Shown here one piece after another: positions 11,247 to 23,813 of a stretch of DNA of 64,000 bases. The position numbers were made by a program, and so were the translations under genes. Position 1 is the first letter of the stretch. Each line of letters opens with the position of its first letter. This DNA is from Selaginella moellendorffii (lineage: Eukaryota; Plantae; Lycopodiophyta), in the NCBI RefSeq assembly GCF_000143415.4, contig NW_003314262.1, positions 1,663,960 through 1,727,959 on the forward strand, in the 5' to 3' direction. The notes below the pieces were generated by a model that made no database searches, was not told the origin of the DNA, and saw only the letters and a list, made by a program, of their open reading frames with translations.

Positions 11247-12581
11247 AAACAGGACGAAGTGTGAGCTCCCTGCTCGCTGGAATGGATCACGAACAGGATG
11301 GATGGAAGTGCTACTCTGACAAACAGAATGGAGTGATCGCTGGACAGGATCGGATCACATGACAGGATGGATCACGAGACAGGATGGAGCTGTGCTGCTA
11401 GCTACGATTGCAAACCACGCAGACAGGATGGATTTGGTGGTGCTGGCTAGATCACAAACAGGATAGATGGTTTGCTCCACACCACTCGAGCAGGGGAGAA
11501 AAGCTCACAGGGAAGGGGAAGAAGAGGATGGAAGGAAAAAGGAGAGAATTTTTTATACGAGCAAGCACCGAGAAGATTATAAAACACTGCAGCCAAACAA
11601 GGGGGGAGCGAGCAAGGAGGAGATGAATACTTATACAAATCCGCTGGGTACCTACACGGCAATAGTTTAGTAATTTGATAAGCGAGGGGGTAGGAGAAGG
11701 GCACGAGCGTGCAAAAGAGGGAGGCCTTTGGCACACAGCATTGACAAGCTTGGCTTTTCTCGCGCGACCAGCCGGGATATTCCACCGTGATCTCGCGCCA
11801 AAGTTCAAATTTCGAATTTGAATGGTCCGGGCGAATCGTGGCCGTCGGCTGTCCGCGAGAGAACAGGAAGGCCCAAAGGCTACTGTTTTTGTTGTTTGGC
11901 TATGAGAGTGGGATCTTGGGTCCTACAATTGCCGGCCGCGAGATCGTCTTATTCAGTGCCCCGTTTTGCGTCTCACGGGATGCTCTTGCTAGTGTTTTGA
12001 TCTTGAGCGGTGTGTTTGATGTGGTGGAGTGGAGTGAGTGGCAGCTTTTGGAGGGGATTGGGGAGGTTTCATTCTTCTTCTTCTTCTTGTGCTTCGTCTT
12101 TGCCACTTTGCGGGATGAGCAGTGTGTTGAGAGAGGTTATTTGAGAAGGGGCCAACAGTTTGTACTACTTAAGGTGCGTCACTCTAGCATTGTGTGCTGT
12201 TTGTTTCCAGTTGGACTGGGGGTTTTAAGATTCTTTGATGGCTTGTGGGGTGCTCGCAGCCAAAGTAGTAATGGGTCAATTTTGTTCTTGTTCTCAAGTT
12301 TCACTTTGACCCAAGATCATCATCGCTATTGTTTGTTTACGTTTTAAACTAAGATAATACACTTTAAGCGCAAGAAATATTACTTAAGGATTTGTTTTCA
12401 TCACTGCTAATCGCCCGATCCAATAGTTAGATGAGTCACTCGAGACCAAAGTGGTCAAAGTTGAGGCTCCAAGTGTATGTTGTAGCCGAAATAACATCGT
12501 TCATAATAAAAAATCTCTCAGTCATTGAGCCCCGAGGACAATCCCACGGAGCCTGTTCACATCACAAACAATAGAATCAGG

Positions 12582-12600
12582 AAGAGAGAGAGAGAGAGAG
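12582..12600. repeat. (GA)n microsatellite
   Basis: Run of about 9 GA units. Confidence 0.9.
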
Positions 12601-12603
12601 CAC

Positions 12604-14360
12604 TTACTTGCACAATAGTGGCAGGTAAAGGTGACGTCCGTGCTCCTCGGTGAGAGATCTCATGCTTGCAGTCCTCAGTTGAAGAACCTCAAATTCGTCA
12701 GCAGCACTGCTCCAAGGCAGGGTGTTGCCTCCCAGAATCTTGAGGCAGCAATTAAGCAAGCTTTCCTGGTCATGCACCACGTTGCTGGACCTCCCCTCAC
12801 AAAAATAACAATCCGGGGACATCTCCCAGTTGGGGATTTTGGGCATCACGTCCAGGCCCGGCCAGGCCTTGTTCACTGCAGATACCAGGCTCGAAAATGG
12901 ACGATCGCAGGCCAGGCCCCAGTCTATCAAGCTGTAGCCACCACCCTTGCAGCAGATGTTTTCGAGACAAACGTCCCCGTGAATGACTCCTTTCGTGCCA
13001 CTGGCCTCCAGAGCCTCATACAGCTGCTTGCTCATCTCATAAACGTCAGCCGGTGCAAACTCCCTCGAGAACAATTGCTTGGAGAGGGAATCACCAGCAT
13101 CCTTGACAAGCATCGCCGGCCTGTTGGCACCTTCGATTGTCACCGGGAAAGCAGTGCCAGCACCGTCACCCAGCATGCCCTGGATATCATGTCTCTCTCC
13201 GTCTGGAACCACCTTTCCCAGCCTCCAGTAGGGAGCTCATCCGGTCCTGTCTACGTGCCTCAGAGTCTGGGCCAACTTTGAGCCACCACACTTCGCCTTC
13301 CCAAAAGACTTTCATAACCACAGATATTTTGTTGTTCCGGGTAGCTCCCACGACAGTTACCAGGATTTTCTTGAAGGGAGCGACTGTCTAGCTTACAGGG
13401 AAATACTCGTCGCTGACCCAGTAACCAGCCCTGGTCGTGAGTTTGACGCACCCGTAGTAGCCGTCCTTCATTTTGCTACGAGGACTTATCTTGGACGCAT
13501 TGGTCACCACAATCCGATGAAGAGCAACATCAAAGCTGGTGACTCGAGGTCTACTGTGTAGCTATCCCCTAGTTTGAAATCCCCACCCGCGACTGGAAGC
13601 AGGGGCCCGTCGTAAGCTTTCATGCGTGCCCCGTATGCATGGATCTGCCTCACGCACTGCACGTCCATGCCGTTCCGACAAGACCAAAGACTTCGTTTTG
13701 GAACGAGTAGAACGGCTCAGTTTTCGTTCTCTGCTTCCACAACAAGTTGCCAAGAATCACCACCCTTGTGGTCATCACCCTTTGTCCTCAGCTCTATAGC
13801 AACCCATGTATCGCCGATTTTGAAGAAGCTGTTTGGCCTCCTGGAGTACCCGCCTTCAAAAATAGAGTCCTCAGCCCCTTTCAAACCCCATGTAATGTCA
13901 ACGAGCACCCCTTGCACAGTAGCTATAGCTTTGGCAAGCGCCACGAACAGACTACGCTGCTGTCGATACAACTCAACCCCAATAACTTTTTTGTCAGATT
14001 CGTCTGTGACTACTTGAACCAGGCATTCCTTGGGAAGAGCGTCCAGGACGACGGCCTTCTTGCTTACCCAAAAGTTTTGAAAGCTGTCACATTCCATGTC
14101 CTGCCACCTTCTTACCAGATCGTGGTGAAGCTCCACAGTCTGCTGGTTATAGTCCGCCTAACCTTCCATGTTTGGAGGTGCTTGTATGAAGGGCACGAAC
14201 ACTTTGGCCTGTTTGAGGCAGTCGTCCCCTGCTCGGGCGAGCACGTCCTCCGTCATAGTCTGCGAGGAAGAGGAAGAGGTAGTAAGGTTGGCCTCTATCG
14301 CACGTCTCTCGTGTTCATACAGCAAAAGCCCAAGCTTGTTTAAGGCGCCTTTCCACTGCA
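12604..14360 (-). pseudogene. Decayed gene: degenerate PD-(D/E)xK-like segment followed by a fungal-type (FunK1-like) protein kinase
   Basis: Minus-strand translation gives RRPNSFFKIGDTWVAIELRTK...VRQIHAY, then VWWLKVG, GVIHGDVCLENI, YSLIDWGLA and HDQESL. It is interrupted by in-frame stops (~14157, 13717, ~13388) and frameshifts. Confidence 0.65.
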
Positions 14361-16414
14361 GTGAATTTATGAGCTACGTTGAGATTTTCATCAAAGAACT
14401 TACTATGAAGAAGCCTCAAAGCCCTAATACTGAAGTAAGATACTAAGAATATTTAAGTATATTTTAGAATTGTTCATGAAACAATTAAAAATATAATTAA
14501 CTAATTTAATGGGACCAGTAAAACACAAGATTTTAACAACCGCAACAAGAAGATTATCCAACCCTTAGATGTTTTTATTAATCAAGAACGAAAGTTAGAG
14601 TCCGACGCCATAAAGGCCAGGCTATAAATAACTAGTGGTTGTTTGGATTTTGCATGACCTTTGAAAAAAAATTTATATGCAAACATTTTTTGTGGTGGTC
14701 CAAAAATAATATGCAATCACATACAACAATTCAAGCACGAATATATTTTTATTTTACATTTTTTTCCAGGCCATACCCTCCAAAACATACCATACAAGTG
14801 TCATATGCAACTGGAATTCCTCTTGCAACCAAAAACTTCTTCACAAACTCTAATTTAATATTTTAATTTAATGGTAGTTTGATCAAAGATTTTAGGATAC
14901 AAATATGTAAGATTGAAATATTCAAGAGTAGCTTCTAATTCAACAAAGATATCGCTTTAGCCAAATCTAATTAATCTGCCAAATGATGGGAATTGTGAAA
15001 AGAGAAGATTTATAGTGTGTTCTCAAACAGCAAGTGGCAAATGATCCCAGATGTGAACAAAGTATAAAGTAAACTAATAAGTGAATCAATTTTATTATTT
15101 ATTAGTAACATTGATTTTATCATATTTATATAAAAGTACAATATTACCTTTCCAAATTGAAATCACATTTAACTAACATTGGCTGGGCAGTGGAGGGATG
15201 GTGGTGGCGGGCTAGGCTGAGCGGCCGTTGTGGCGTGGTGGCATGGTGGCATGGTGGCGGTGGCGTGCTTAGCGGTGTGGGCAGGGGTGCGGTGTGGCGC
15301 ACTGCTAGCTAGCTGTGAAGCTCTCAAAAACACACCAGAAAAGTTTTTCCTTTCAATTGTAACGCATGACCTCGATCCCAGGTGAGAGCAACTTTACCGT
15401 TTTTCACGTTGAGTCTCCTGGAAAAAAAACACGAGATTTAAGAAAATAGATCCAATTTTGAATAGCCTTACACTGGATAATCTTTAGATTTCCTGGAAAT
15501 CTCAGCAAAAACTAGAGAGCAAAAATTGGCTTGGAGAGACTTACAAAGCGCTCTACTGACTCGAGCATAATCTACAGCTGCTCGAAAAATCACGAAAATT
15601 CACAGTAAAGTGTAGAAGAATAGTGTTTTACTCAAGAAAGACTCACTCAAGCAACCTTGATTGGATGTATCAGCAGCAGGCTCCATCGTCTCTAGCTTTA
15701 CTACAGCCAGCATTGTCGAACTCACGAAATCCCAAAGTTCCAATCAATCAGTCGAAACGTCACACACATCCTTACCGTGTTTCCCATCTTGACAAGCGCC
15801 AATCCGTCTGCCAACGACACAGCGTCTAGAAATCCACAAACAGGCGTCAGAACAAATCAAATCCTGCCAGAATCACGAAAAGTCTTACTCGCTGAACAAC
15901 ACCTGCATAGTGGTCAAGCAAGTTACAGCCTAGAGTTGCTTAATTTTTATAATCCACTTTTTACTCGGAGGATGACGGCCTTGTTGCTCACCCAAAAGTT
16001 ATCAAGGCGCGATAGAAGGGTCTTCCTCATTATCCAGATCTATATGTTAAAAGGGATATACCATGAATATCCAAGTTTAAAAGAAATAATGTTTAAAATG
16101 TTATTAGCCTAATTCACTTTTTTTATTTTATAGATATAAGCTAACATCATTATAGTTATCATAATACATAATTCAAAACGAAGATGATTCTTGTATATTC
16201 TCATCTGACACAACACTGTTAATACACAGAGAGCAAGGAAGTATGTTCCCCTCCTAGTGTATTCAATGATGCCAGGCCTCTCTAATTTACATACATTGCC
16301 TTTGCAAAGCCCTCACGGAGCTCCTGCCATGGCATTGGCGCATTTGGAGAATCCCTCCTCCCCTTGTCTCTAGGCAGCGACTAGCGAGCAAAGATCGAAG
16401 CTCCGCCTCGCGCC

Positions 16415-17542
16415 ATGGGCCATGGCGGCAGCGATGGCGACGACTACCTCTTCAAGATCGTCCTCATCGGCGATTCCGCGGTCGGCAAGTCGAATCTGCT
16501 CTCCAGGTACTCGCGCAATGAATTCCATCTCAACTCGCGCGCCACCATCGGCGTGGAGTTCCAGACGCAGAGCATGGTGATCGAAGGCAAGGAGGTCAAG
16601 GCCCAGATTTGGGACACCGCCGGCCAGGAGAGGTTTCGAGCTGTGACCTCGGCGTACTACAGGGGCGCCGTGGGAGCGATGATCGTCTATGATATCAGCC
16701 AGAAGCAAACTTTCGAGAATGTGGAGCGATGGCTGGAAGAACTCCGAGGTAAGCTACTCTGGATCGATTCATAGATCTATTCAATCAATCCTTTAGATCT
16801 CTTTCTTTGCATCCTTTTCCACGAACTCCACCATCACATCCATTCCTCTTTCCTTTGTCATTTCTTTGGTTGTGCGATCGTCCACTGTTCTCTAGGTAGC
16901 GAGTAAATTTTTTAGCTCTTGTGTCTTTGTCCTCTTTGCGGTCGTTGGAAGTCGCGGAAGATCCCACTGTTTTCTTTCTCTTTCTGTTTTCGTTGAACTT
17001 AGTTTGCTCTTCTCGAGGCGAGTTTTTCGAGGGTGTTTTTTTCCATTTTTATTTTTGGGAGCGTTTGAGTCCTTTTCTATATTTCGCAGTTTGTCAGATT
17101 CTTTCTTTGCTTCTGACGTGATCACGGGGAAAATGTCTGACTTTGAGTGTTTCAGTTTACTTTCTCTACCATTGCTTCAAACATCCACAAGTCTTTGATT
17201 CTATTTTGTTTTCTCGCAGTGTACTCTGACTTTAGCCTGGTCACGATGCTCGTCGGCAACAAGTCCGACCTCGAAAGCTTGCGCCAGGTTTCCATCGAGG
17301 AGGCCACCGATCTCGCCGAGAGAGAGGGCCTCTTCTTCATCGAGACCTCAGCGCTCGACTCCACAAACGTGGCCGCCGCGTTCGAGACGGTGATCAAGGA
17401 GATCTTCGGCATGGTGAGCAAGAAAATCCTCTCCTCCGATTCCTCGAAGGCGCGGACGCTCAGCGGCACCAAGAAACTCGGCCTCGAGAATGGAAACAGC
17501 TCCAAACCTCAAGACTCCGGCCTAAGCTGCTGTTCTTCCTGA
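16415..17542 (+). CDS. RABA5: Rab11-family GTPase, RabA5 subclass; exons 16415-16748 and 17220-17542
   Basis: [17 protein letters not shown] effector loop, WDTAGQE, GNKSD, ETSA and C-terminal CCSS prenylation motif. GT-AG intron 16749-17219 preserves frame. Confidence 0.95.
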
Positions 17543-18004
17543 TCACGCACTTATTTATATATACCAATATGCTATTTAGTAAATATTATCATCGACCTGT
17601 TATTTCAAAACAAGTTAGAGCTTTTCGACTGGCCAGCCTCTTTTTTAAATCCGGATCTATCGGGTTTAACATCTAAAGGTGTTGACTTGCCCTAACCCTA
17701 AGATTGGGTGTAATGGCACATGGGGAATAGCTTCTAGAAGCTGTCACGTGGTCTCAGACAGGCCTTACGTTCGCTACTCTATTACACTAACACAGGAAAT
17801 AATGTACGTGGCCAATGGCGGGACGAGATCGTGTAACCATACCACCAAGGTTTTTGTCGCGAGTACGGCACTGGCCAGTGGCTCATTGCGATTGGGCCCA
17901 ATGGTACTATAAGTTTCTCAGGAACAGGGTGTGTGTCCCTTGTTCTCGCAAGGCTCTTTGGATCTCTGCTTCTTGTTCTTGCGACGCTCTTTCTTCTGCC
18001 TTTG

Positions 18005-18784
18005 ATGGCTGATTTCCAATCTCTCCCCGACGATCTCATCGTCGACAGCATTCTGTCCAAGATCAGGGACGCCAAGGCGCTGCTGCGCTGCTCGGCCGTG
18101 TCGCGGGACTGGCGGCGCTGGACGGCGCGCGTCCCGGCGCTGCATTTCGATTTCCCCAAGTCGTGGAAGCAGGATTGCGTGGTGAGGTCGCTCGACGCCG
18201 AGAAGATCGTCTGGGCGGCCATCTCCAGGGTCCAGGGCGGCGGCATCGGCGAGCTATCGCTGCGATTCTCCCCCACGGAGCCATCGCTCGTGTGTCTGTG
18301 CGAGAATGCCGTCCAGCTATGGATCCAGCACGTTAGCGCCAGCGTCCGCGAGCTCAAGCTCAGCAACAAGGGCTGCGCCTTCTCGGATCTCCTCCTTTCT
18401 CTCTCCGGATGCCCCAGGCTCTCCTCCCTCTCGCTCGAGTTTGGATACTTCGATGGGATCCCCCAGGGCTGCCGCTTCCCGGAGCTCAGGACATGCCGCT
18501 TCGCCAATGTGATCTTCCACGGCGACGATCTGGAGAGATTCGTGGCGTGCTGCCCGGCGCTGGAGGAGCTGACGATCGACGAGTGCTTCTCCACGCAGAT
18601 CCCAGTCGTGACGCTGCGCAGCAAGTCCATCCGGGCGCTCGTCGTCGCCGACACGCGATTCAATCGCCTGGCGCTGGAGACCGAGAGGCTGCGAGAGGTG
18701 TCGATCGCTCCTCCAAAGAGCTTTCCTGTGGATTTCCTCGGAAATCGTCCAGAAATCGCGAGCTGTGCCAATACCGACAACTAA
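18005..18784 (+). CDS. Intronless F-box/LRR protein
   Basis: F-box FQSLPDDLIVDSILSKI...RCSAVSRDWR followed by LRR-like repeats (CPRLSSLSL, FPELRTCRF, CPALEELTI). Confidence 0.88.
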   Translation: MADFQSLPDDLIVDSILSKIRDAKALLRCSAVSRDWRRWTARVPALHFDFPKSWKQDCVVRSLDAEKIVWAAISRVQGGGIGELSLRFSPTEPSLVCLCENAVQLWIQHVSASVRELKLSNKGCAFSDLLLSLSGCPRLSSLSLEFGYFDGIPQGCRFPELRTCRFANVIFHGDDLERFVACCPALEELTIDECFSTQIPVVTLRSKSIRALVVADTRFNRLALETERLREVSIAPPKSFPVDFLGNRPEIASCANTDN

Positions 18785-19554
18785 ACAGCGAAAGAAGCAT
18801 ATTCGATTTGACCAAGAACCTAAAAAGGATCCATTTTATGCCCTGGTATCATTAGTGTTATAGTAGAGGATAGAGAGCTCTCTTTCGAGCGGATTTAAGA
18901 GACGAGAAGCATTTGGGTTTCCTTTAAATCAAACTCTAGCTTTGCACTTCTATCGAAATTCACTGTTTGGAACTCACAACTTGGTGAAGGAGAGTGTTCG
19001 ATTGCAAGTCTTGTTGTTCCGGTCGATGTTGCAAACAATTTGGTCAGAGGTCAGCGCTGGCTTTTTCTTCGTTCTCTTAGATTTCTCGGTCTTTTCTTCG
19101 GCTGACTCTATCGTGGCCCGATCAAAAGCAGCAAGGCACGGAAAGAAGTTGTAAGGAATAACTCTTCGAGAAAACCAGGCCAAGTATATGACTGGAAAAG
19201 TGAGATGGGGTAAACTTTGGTGTAGATTTCTAATTCTACAGTGTCGATTTCAGCAATGCTGTTTTGATGAAGCACCTTCCCGGTGTCCTAACGAGCGTTG
19301 CAAAACGGACCCCGGTGTTTTGATGGTACCGCGCCACCAAAGTTTTTCTCCACAGAAGTTTGCGATGCTTTCCGCCTGGCAAGAACCAGAAGATTGTGGA
19401 GCGATGGCGATGCGTCATGGAGCATTTCGAGTAGATTCGTCACACCGCCAGCGTGATGGCCTTCAAGTTCCATGTCAACTTCGACTCTGGATCAGTTGTG
19501 TAAGTGGTCCTTTCTTCCGTAGTTTTTTCTTCTTTGGTTTTCCGTTCTGGTTTC

Positions 19555-19989
19555 ATGGTACTTTCAAAGCAGAGCATCCGGCAAGGCAGAGTGCTATCGA
19601 GCTCTTTCTTTCCAAGCACAGCAGGGCCCGTCGTCCACTTTCGCCAGGACTTCTCCCGAGAGCAAATGCAGGAGCTTCTGGCCGTGATCCGAGAGCTGCC
19701 GAGCGGAGGTCTGGAGTTCACCCCAGTGACTTGCGGTGGGCGATTCAGGCGCTTCCAGCAGTCGGGAGGGATTTGCAGCGGCAGTATAGCAACGATCGGT
19801 GGACGGGCAGCAACAACAACGACGATGGAAACAACCGAAGGGGCTGGCGTGGTCACGGAGACAACAACAACAGTGGAGACTGGAGAGAGGCACCCGTCCC
19901 TCGTCGCTGTGAGAGTGCTGCTTGCATTTCTCGGCTTTCCATCTGTCGTTTGCTTCGTCGCCACCACCGCAATGCTCGTGAGCTTGTAA
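19555..19989 (+). CDS. Possible terminal exon of an unknown protein with a Thr-rich stalk and hydrophobic C-terminus
   Basis: GC-rich ORF with ATTTTMETTE...TETTTTVET then VRVLLAFLGFPSVVCFVATTAMLVSL*. Upstream GTAAGT donor at ~19500. No family recognised. Confidence 0.35.
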   Translation: MVLSKQSIRQGRVLSSSFFPSTAGPVVHFRQDFSREQMQELLAVIRELPSGGLEFTPVTCGGRFRRFQQSGGICSGSIATIGGRAATTTTMETTEGAGVVTETTTTVETGERHPSLVAVRVLLAFLGFPSVVCFVATTAMLVSL

Positions 19990-20390
19990 GTTCTCCTCCT
20001 TGGCTCTTTGTGTTCTAGTTTCGTGAGCTTTGGCTTTCAGAAGAGCAGTGAGCAGTGACAAATTTGTGGCGATTTGGACTTTTGCTTGGACAGGCAAGTT
20101 GGTGTTCTTGTTTTCTTTTGTTCGTTGAAAAAGTACAGCCAAGAAATTCTTCGTCCGAAAGCACGGAAGATTTCTGGCTTTGTTTTGGAATCCCGACATT
20201 GAACCTGTAATGCTCGTTGACTAGTGTTGACTATTTTGACTCGAACGAATATTCGCCTGCCACGCGAGCCCTAAAGTCAACATTGCTTTACCGCCGCCTG
20301 TTTTGAATTGTGGAGAATATCCGCCCGTGACCTAAAAGGCTATGGCGGCAGGAGTACTTCTTCACGGCATTGGCGTGAAGCTCCGCGTCC

Positions 20391-22048
20391 ATGGCAGCCA
20401 GGGTTAGGTTCCAATGCGCTTGGCGCCGCCGCGGGATCTCCCCCACTTCTCTCCCTCTCCTTCTTAGGGCCGCGATGGATCCAGCGGCAGCAGCTCTGGA
20501 TCATCCGCCAATTCCTGTCTACTCCACGGCGGCGCGGCGATCGCTCAGCCAGGCCAACGGCGGTGGCGACGAATTGCGGCCGCATCACAAGCCTCTCAGC
20601 CTGTGGCCGGGTATGTACCACTCGCCAGTGACCGCCGCGCTGTGGAATGCGCGCTCCACGCTGCTGGAGAGGGCCGTGAATTCGTCAAACGATGGGCCTT
20701 CGCAGGTCAATCTTCTCACGCGGGCTCCCGGCGAGAGCCGCACTAGCGTGCTCTACAACTTCGTGTCCGACGTTGCTCTTCGGGAGCAGTATAGGAATCC
20801 CTGGAACAACATCCGGATGGGGAAGCTCATGGAGGATCTGGATGCTCTGGCCGGGACGATTGCCATGAAGGTAAGAGATCTAGATCTCGCTAGCAGTTTT
20901 TCTCTCTCGTTTTCTTTGTTCTTCTTGCTCATTCTTTGATGGTTTTTTTCTCCCTTCTCCAGCATTGTGCCGATGATGATAGCACGACGAGGCCACTGCT
21001 TCTAGTCACAGCATCGGTGGACAAAGTGAGCTTGAAGAAGCCTTTGCGTGTCGATGTCGATCTAAAGCTGGCTGGTGCGGTTGCATGGGTCGGGAGATCG
21101 TCCATGAAGATCCAAATGCAAGTCATCCAGCCCGCAACAGGTATAGCTCCTTGTTTACGATCACCTCTTCACTTCACAACTTTTTTCTCTCTCTCTTTTA
21201 CAGAGATTGTCACCGACGAGTCGCTCGCGCTCGTCGCAAACTTCACGTTCGTTGCCCGCGACTCCAAGACTCAAAAGTCGGCACCCGTGAACCATCTCTC
21301 GCCGGAGACCGACGAAGAGAAGGCGCTGTTTGCCGCGACCGAGCAGCTCGAGCTGAAACGAAAGCAAGCCCGGTCGAAGCAGCCCGACCAAGCCGACGAC
21401 CAGAGAGTGCAGCAGTTGCTGGCAGAGGCTCGGGTGTTGACCGACATGCCGGCTCTGGCGGACAAGAACAGCATACTCATCCAGCACACCAAGCTGGAGA
21501 ATGCGATCATCTGCCAGCCCCAGCAGCGCAATCTACACGGCCGGATATTTGGAGGATTTCTCATGCGCAGAGCGTTCGAGCTGGCGTTTTCTACGTGCTA
21601 CGTATTCGGGGGGCACAGGCCAGTGTTCCTGGAGGTGGATCACGTCGACTTCCTTCGTCCGGTTCGTATATATACGCGTTGCAAAGAACTTGCTTGATCC
21701 AAGCTCTCCTTTTCTCACAACAGGTTGATGTGGGTGATTTCCTGCGCTTTAGATCCTGCGTGCTGTACACCGAGGAAGAGAACTCCGCGCGGCCGAAGAT
21801 TCACGTCGAGGTGAAGGCCATCGTAACGCAACCCGAGTCACGATCGTCACAGGTGAGTCACAAGAAGTATAGAGAAGCGTGCTCAAGGTCTCTGGATTGT
21901 GTTCTCGCAGGTGTCGAACACATTCCATTTTACTTTCACGTTAGACACGTCGAGCTCCAAATCCGGGGACATGGTCGTACGGAGAGTGCTACCTTCGACT
22001 GAGGAGGAGGCACGACGTTGTGTTTCGAGGTACGACGCGGATCACTAG
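20391..22048 (+). CDS. Double-hotdog acyl-CoA thioesterase (ACOT9-like); exons 20391-20870, 20963-21140, 21204-21661, 21724-21852, 21911-22048
   Basis: YRNPWNNIRMGKLMEDLDALAG, LLLVTASVD, WVGRSSM, PQQRNLHGRIFGGFLMRRAFELAF, RRVLPSTEEEA. Four frame-preserving GT-AG introns. Confidence 0.93.
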
Positions 22049-22211
22049 CCACCGTGCCGGTCTAGAGTGGAAAGTTACAACACAATGAGCGTAGGTTCGC
22101 CATCTTTTCTGACGTGCATGTACAGAAAGTGTGCCAACTTTCTACTCCTTTAATCATCATCTATTTTTTCTAACCTGAAAAACGAATACCCTAATGGTTT
22201 AAGGTTGAAGA

Positions 22212-23813
22212 GATGGCACCTTGGCCGACGCGTTTCGCGCAACTGGGTTTTACGAGGAAGCAAGAGCAGACGCATTTGAGGCGCACGCTCTTGAACGCTA
22301 TGTGCGAACCTATGGACAACTATATTGGATTCCAGTCGCCGAGCTTTCCCTGGTGACTTACGTCGGCATCCTTCACCTGGGGCACCTGAGCCCCGACGAG
22401 CACGACCATCTTTACCACTGCAACGATGTGCCAAATGCCGCTTCCAGCTGCGCCTTCTTGCGGATTTCGCCCGGGAGCTGCTGCGGCACGACTTCGACGA
22501 TTCACACGAAGAAGACGAAGTGTGGGAGGCGCTGGAGCGGTTTTGTGCCAGCAAGAGCGTTGGAGTGTGTCCCCGTCGTTTCGTAAATCGTTGGCCCACT
22601 GACTCGGAATCCCGTCCTCTCCCGCCCTTCCGCCCTCCACCATCCGGCTTCATCTTTGGTATACGCATGCTTTCCTGACCAAATCCTTTTGCAACAGGAG
22701 ACGAGGGCAGTCTTTCTGGACAGTCCCAGCCTGTCAGCTATCGGGCACCCGGATATTTCGAGCAACCTTTTTACAGTAGTGGTATGCTTTTATTCTTTTT
22801 GAGTCTCTAACCGTGCTCTGTATATTTCAGGAAGGGAACCCGCCCTCAACATCTTTGATCTTGTCTACAAGTTGATGAAGAGCGACTACTTCTCGTGCTT
22901 GCCCGTGGACAGGCTGGGCTGGAACCTCCGGAGGGCCAGCGAGGGTGTCCCAGAGGTGCAAAAGAGGGTCGCAGAAGCGTACTCGGAGCTCAGGCCGTAG
23001 GCGAAACGTGTCTCCCGCATGAAACTGATTTAGCGACGTCAGCCTACGTTGTCTTCAAGCCGTTCCGCATCAAGGAGGCGAGGCACTTGCGTCGGCCCCC
23101 AAACTCGACCCTCCCGCTCTACCACTCGCTCCTCAACTGTGCTTCTCATGCTCGCCTCAGGCTTGTCCGCTGCGACCTTCAAGTCTACTACGACCACAGC
23201 TTGACGTGTAAGTGCTTTTTCTTCTGAAGCGAAGCGTATGATTCGTCTGTGACAAACTGTAGATGGTGAAATATGCACGAGAGGAGTGCACGTAAACATT
23301 ACATAGTGTCTTAACTGAAACTTTGTGTTTTCTTCTCCCTTTTAGGCTCTCAAAGACGGGTACCTTGTGGAGCAAAACCCGTCTATACTTGAGCTTAGCC
23401 TGAGGAACTGCACCATACGCGAGCACTGGTACATACGCAAGCACTGGTACGTAAATCAGCAGCTATGCTTTAGAGGGTATGTATGTAATTCAATTCTGAG
23501 GAGTTGATCAAATGCAGGACCGATTTTGGGGAAGCATGGGTGTTGAACATGCGTCCAGAGGATTACAAGGTTCCAGAGATAGTGGAGCGAGGCAACGAGA
23601 TGTTGTGGAAGGCAGTCAAGCAGCTGGGGCATGCAGACGTTCGTAAGTATGGACGCAAGAATGAGCCGCTGGTATCTGTGGTGTACCTGTACATGCTGAT
23701 CTCCCTTGGGAGATGGCAGCAAAGAGAAGGTGGCTGTTTAGGCACGGCGAGCCCAAGCAGATCGAGAACCTGGAAGCCATTGTGACTGCTCTAAGGGGAT
23801 GGATAACTCCATG
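22212..23813 (+). pseudogene. Fragmented multi-exon gene of unknown family
   Basis: GC-rich coding-like blocks in shifting frames (HDHLYHC/RCAKC, EEDEVWEALERFC, YKVPEIVERGNEMLWKAVKQ) separated by short intron-like AT-rich segments. Confidence 0.4.
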
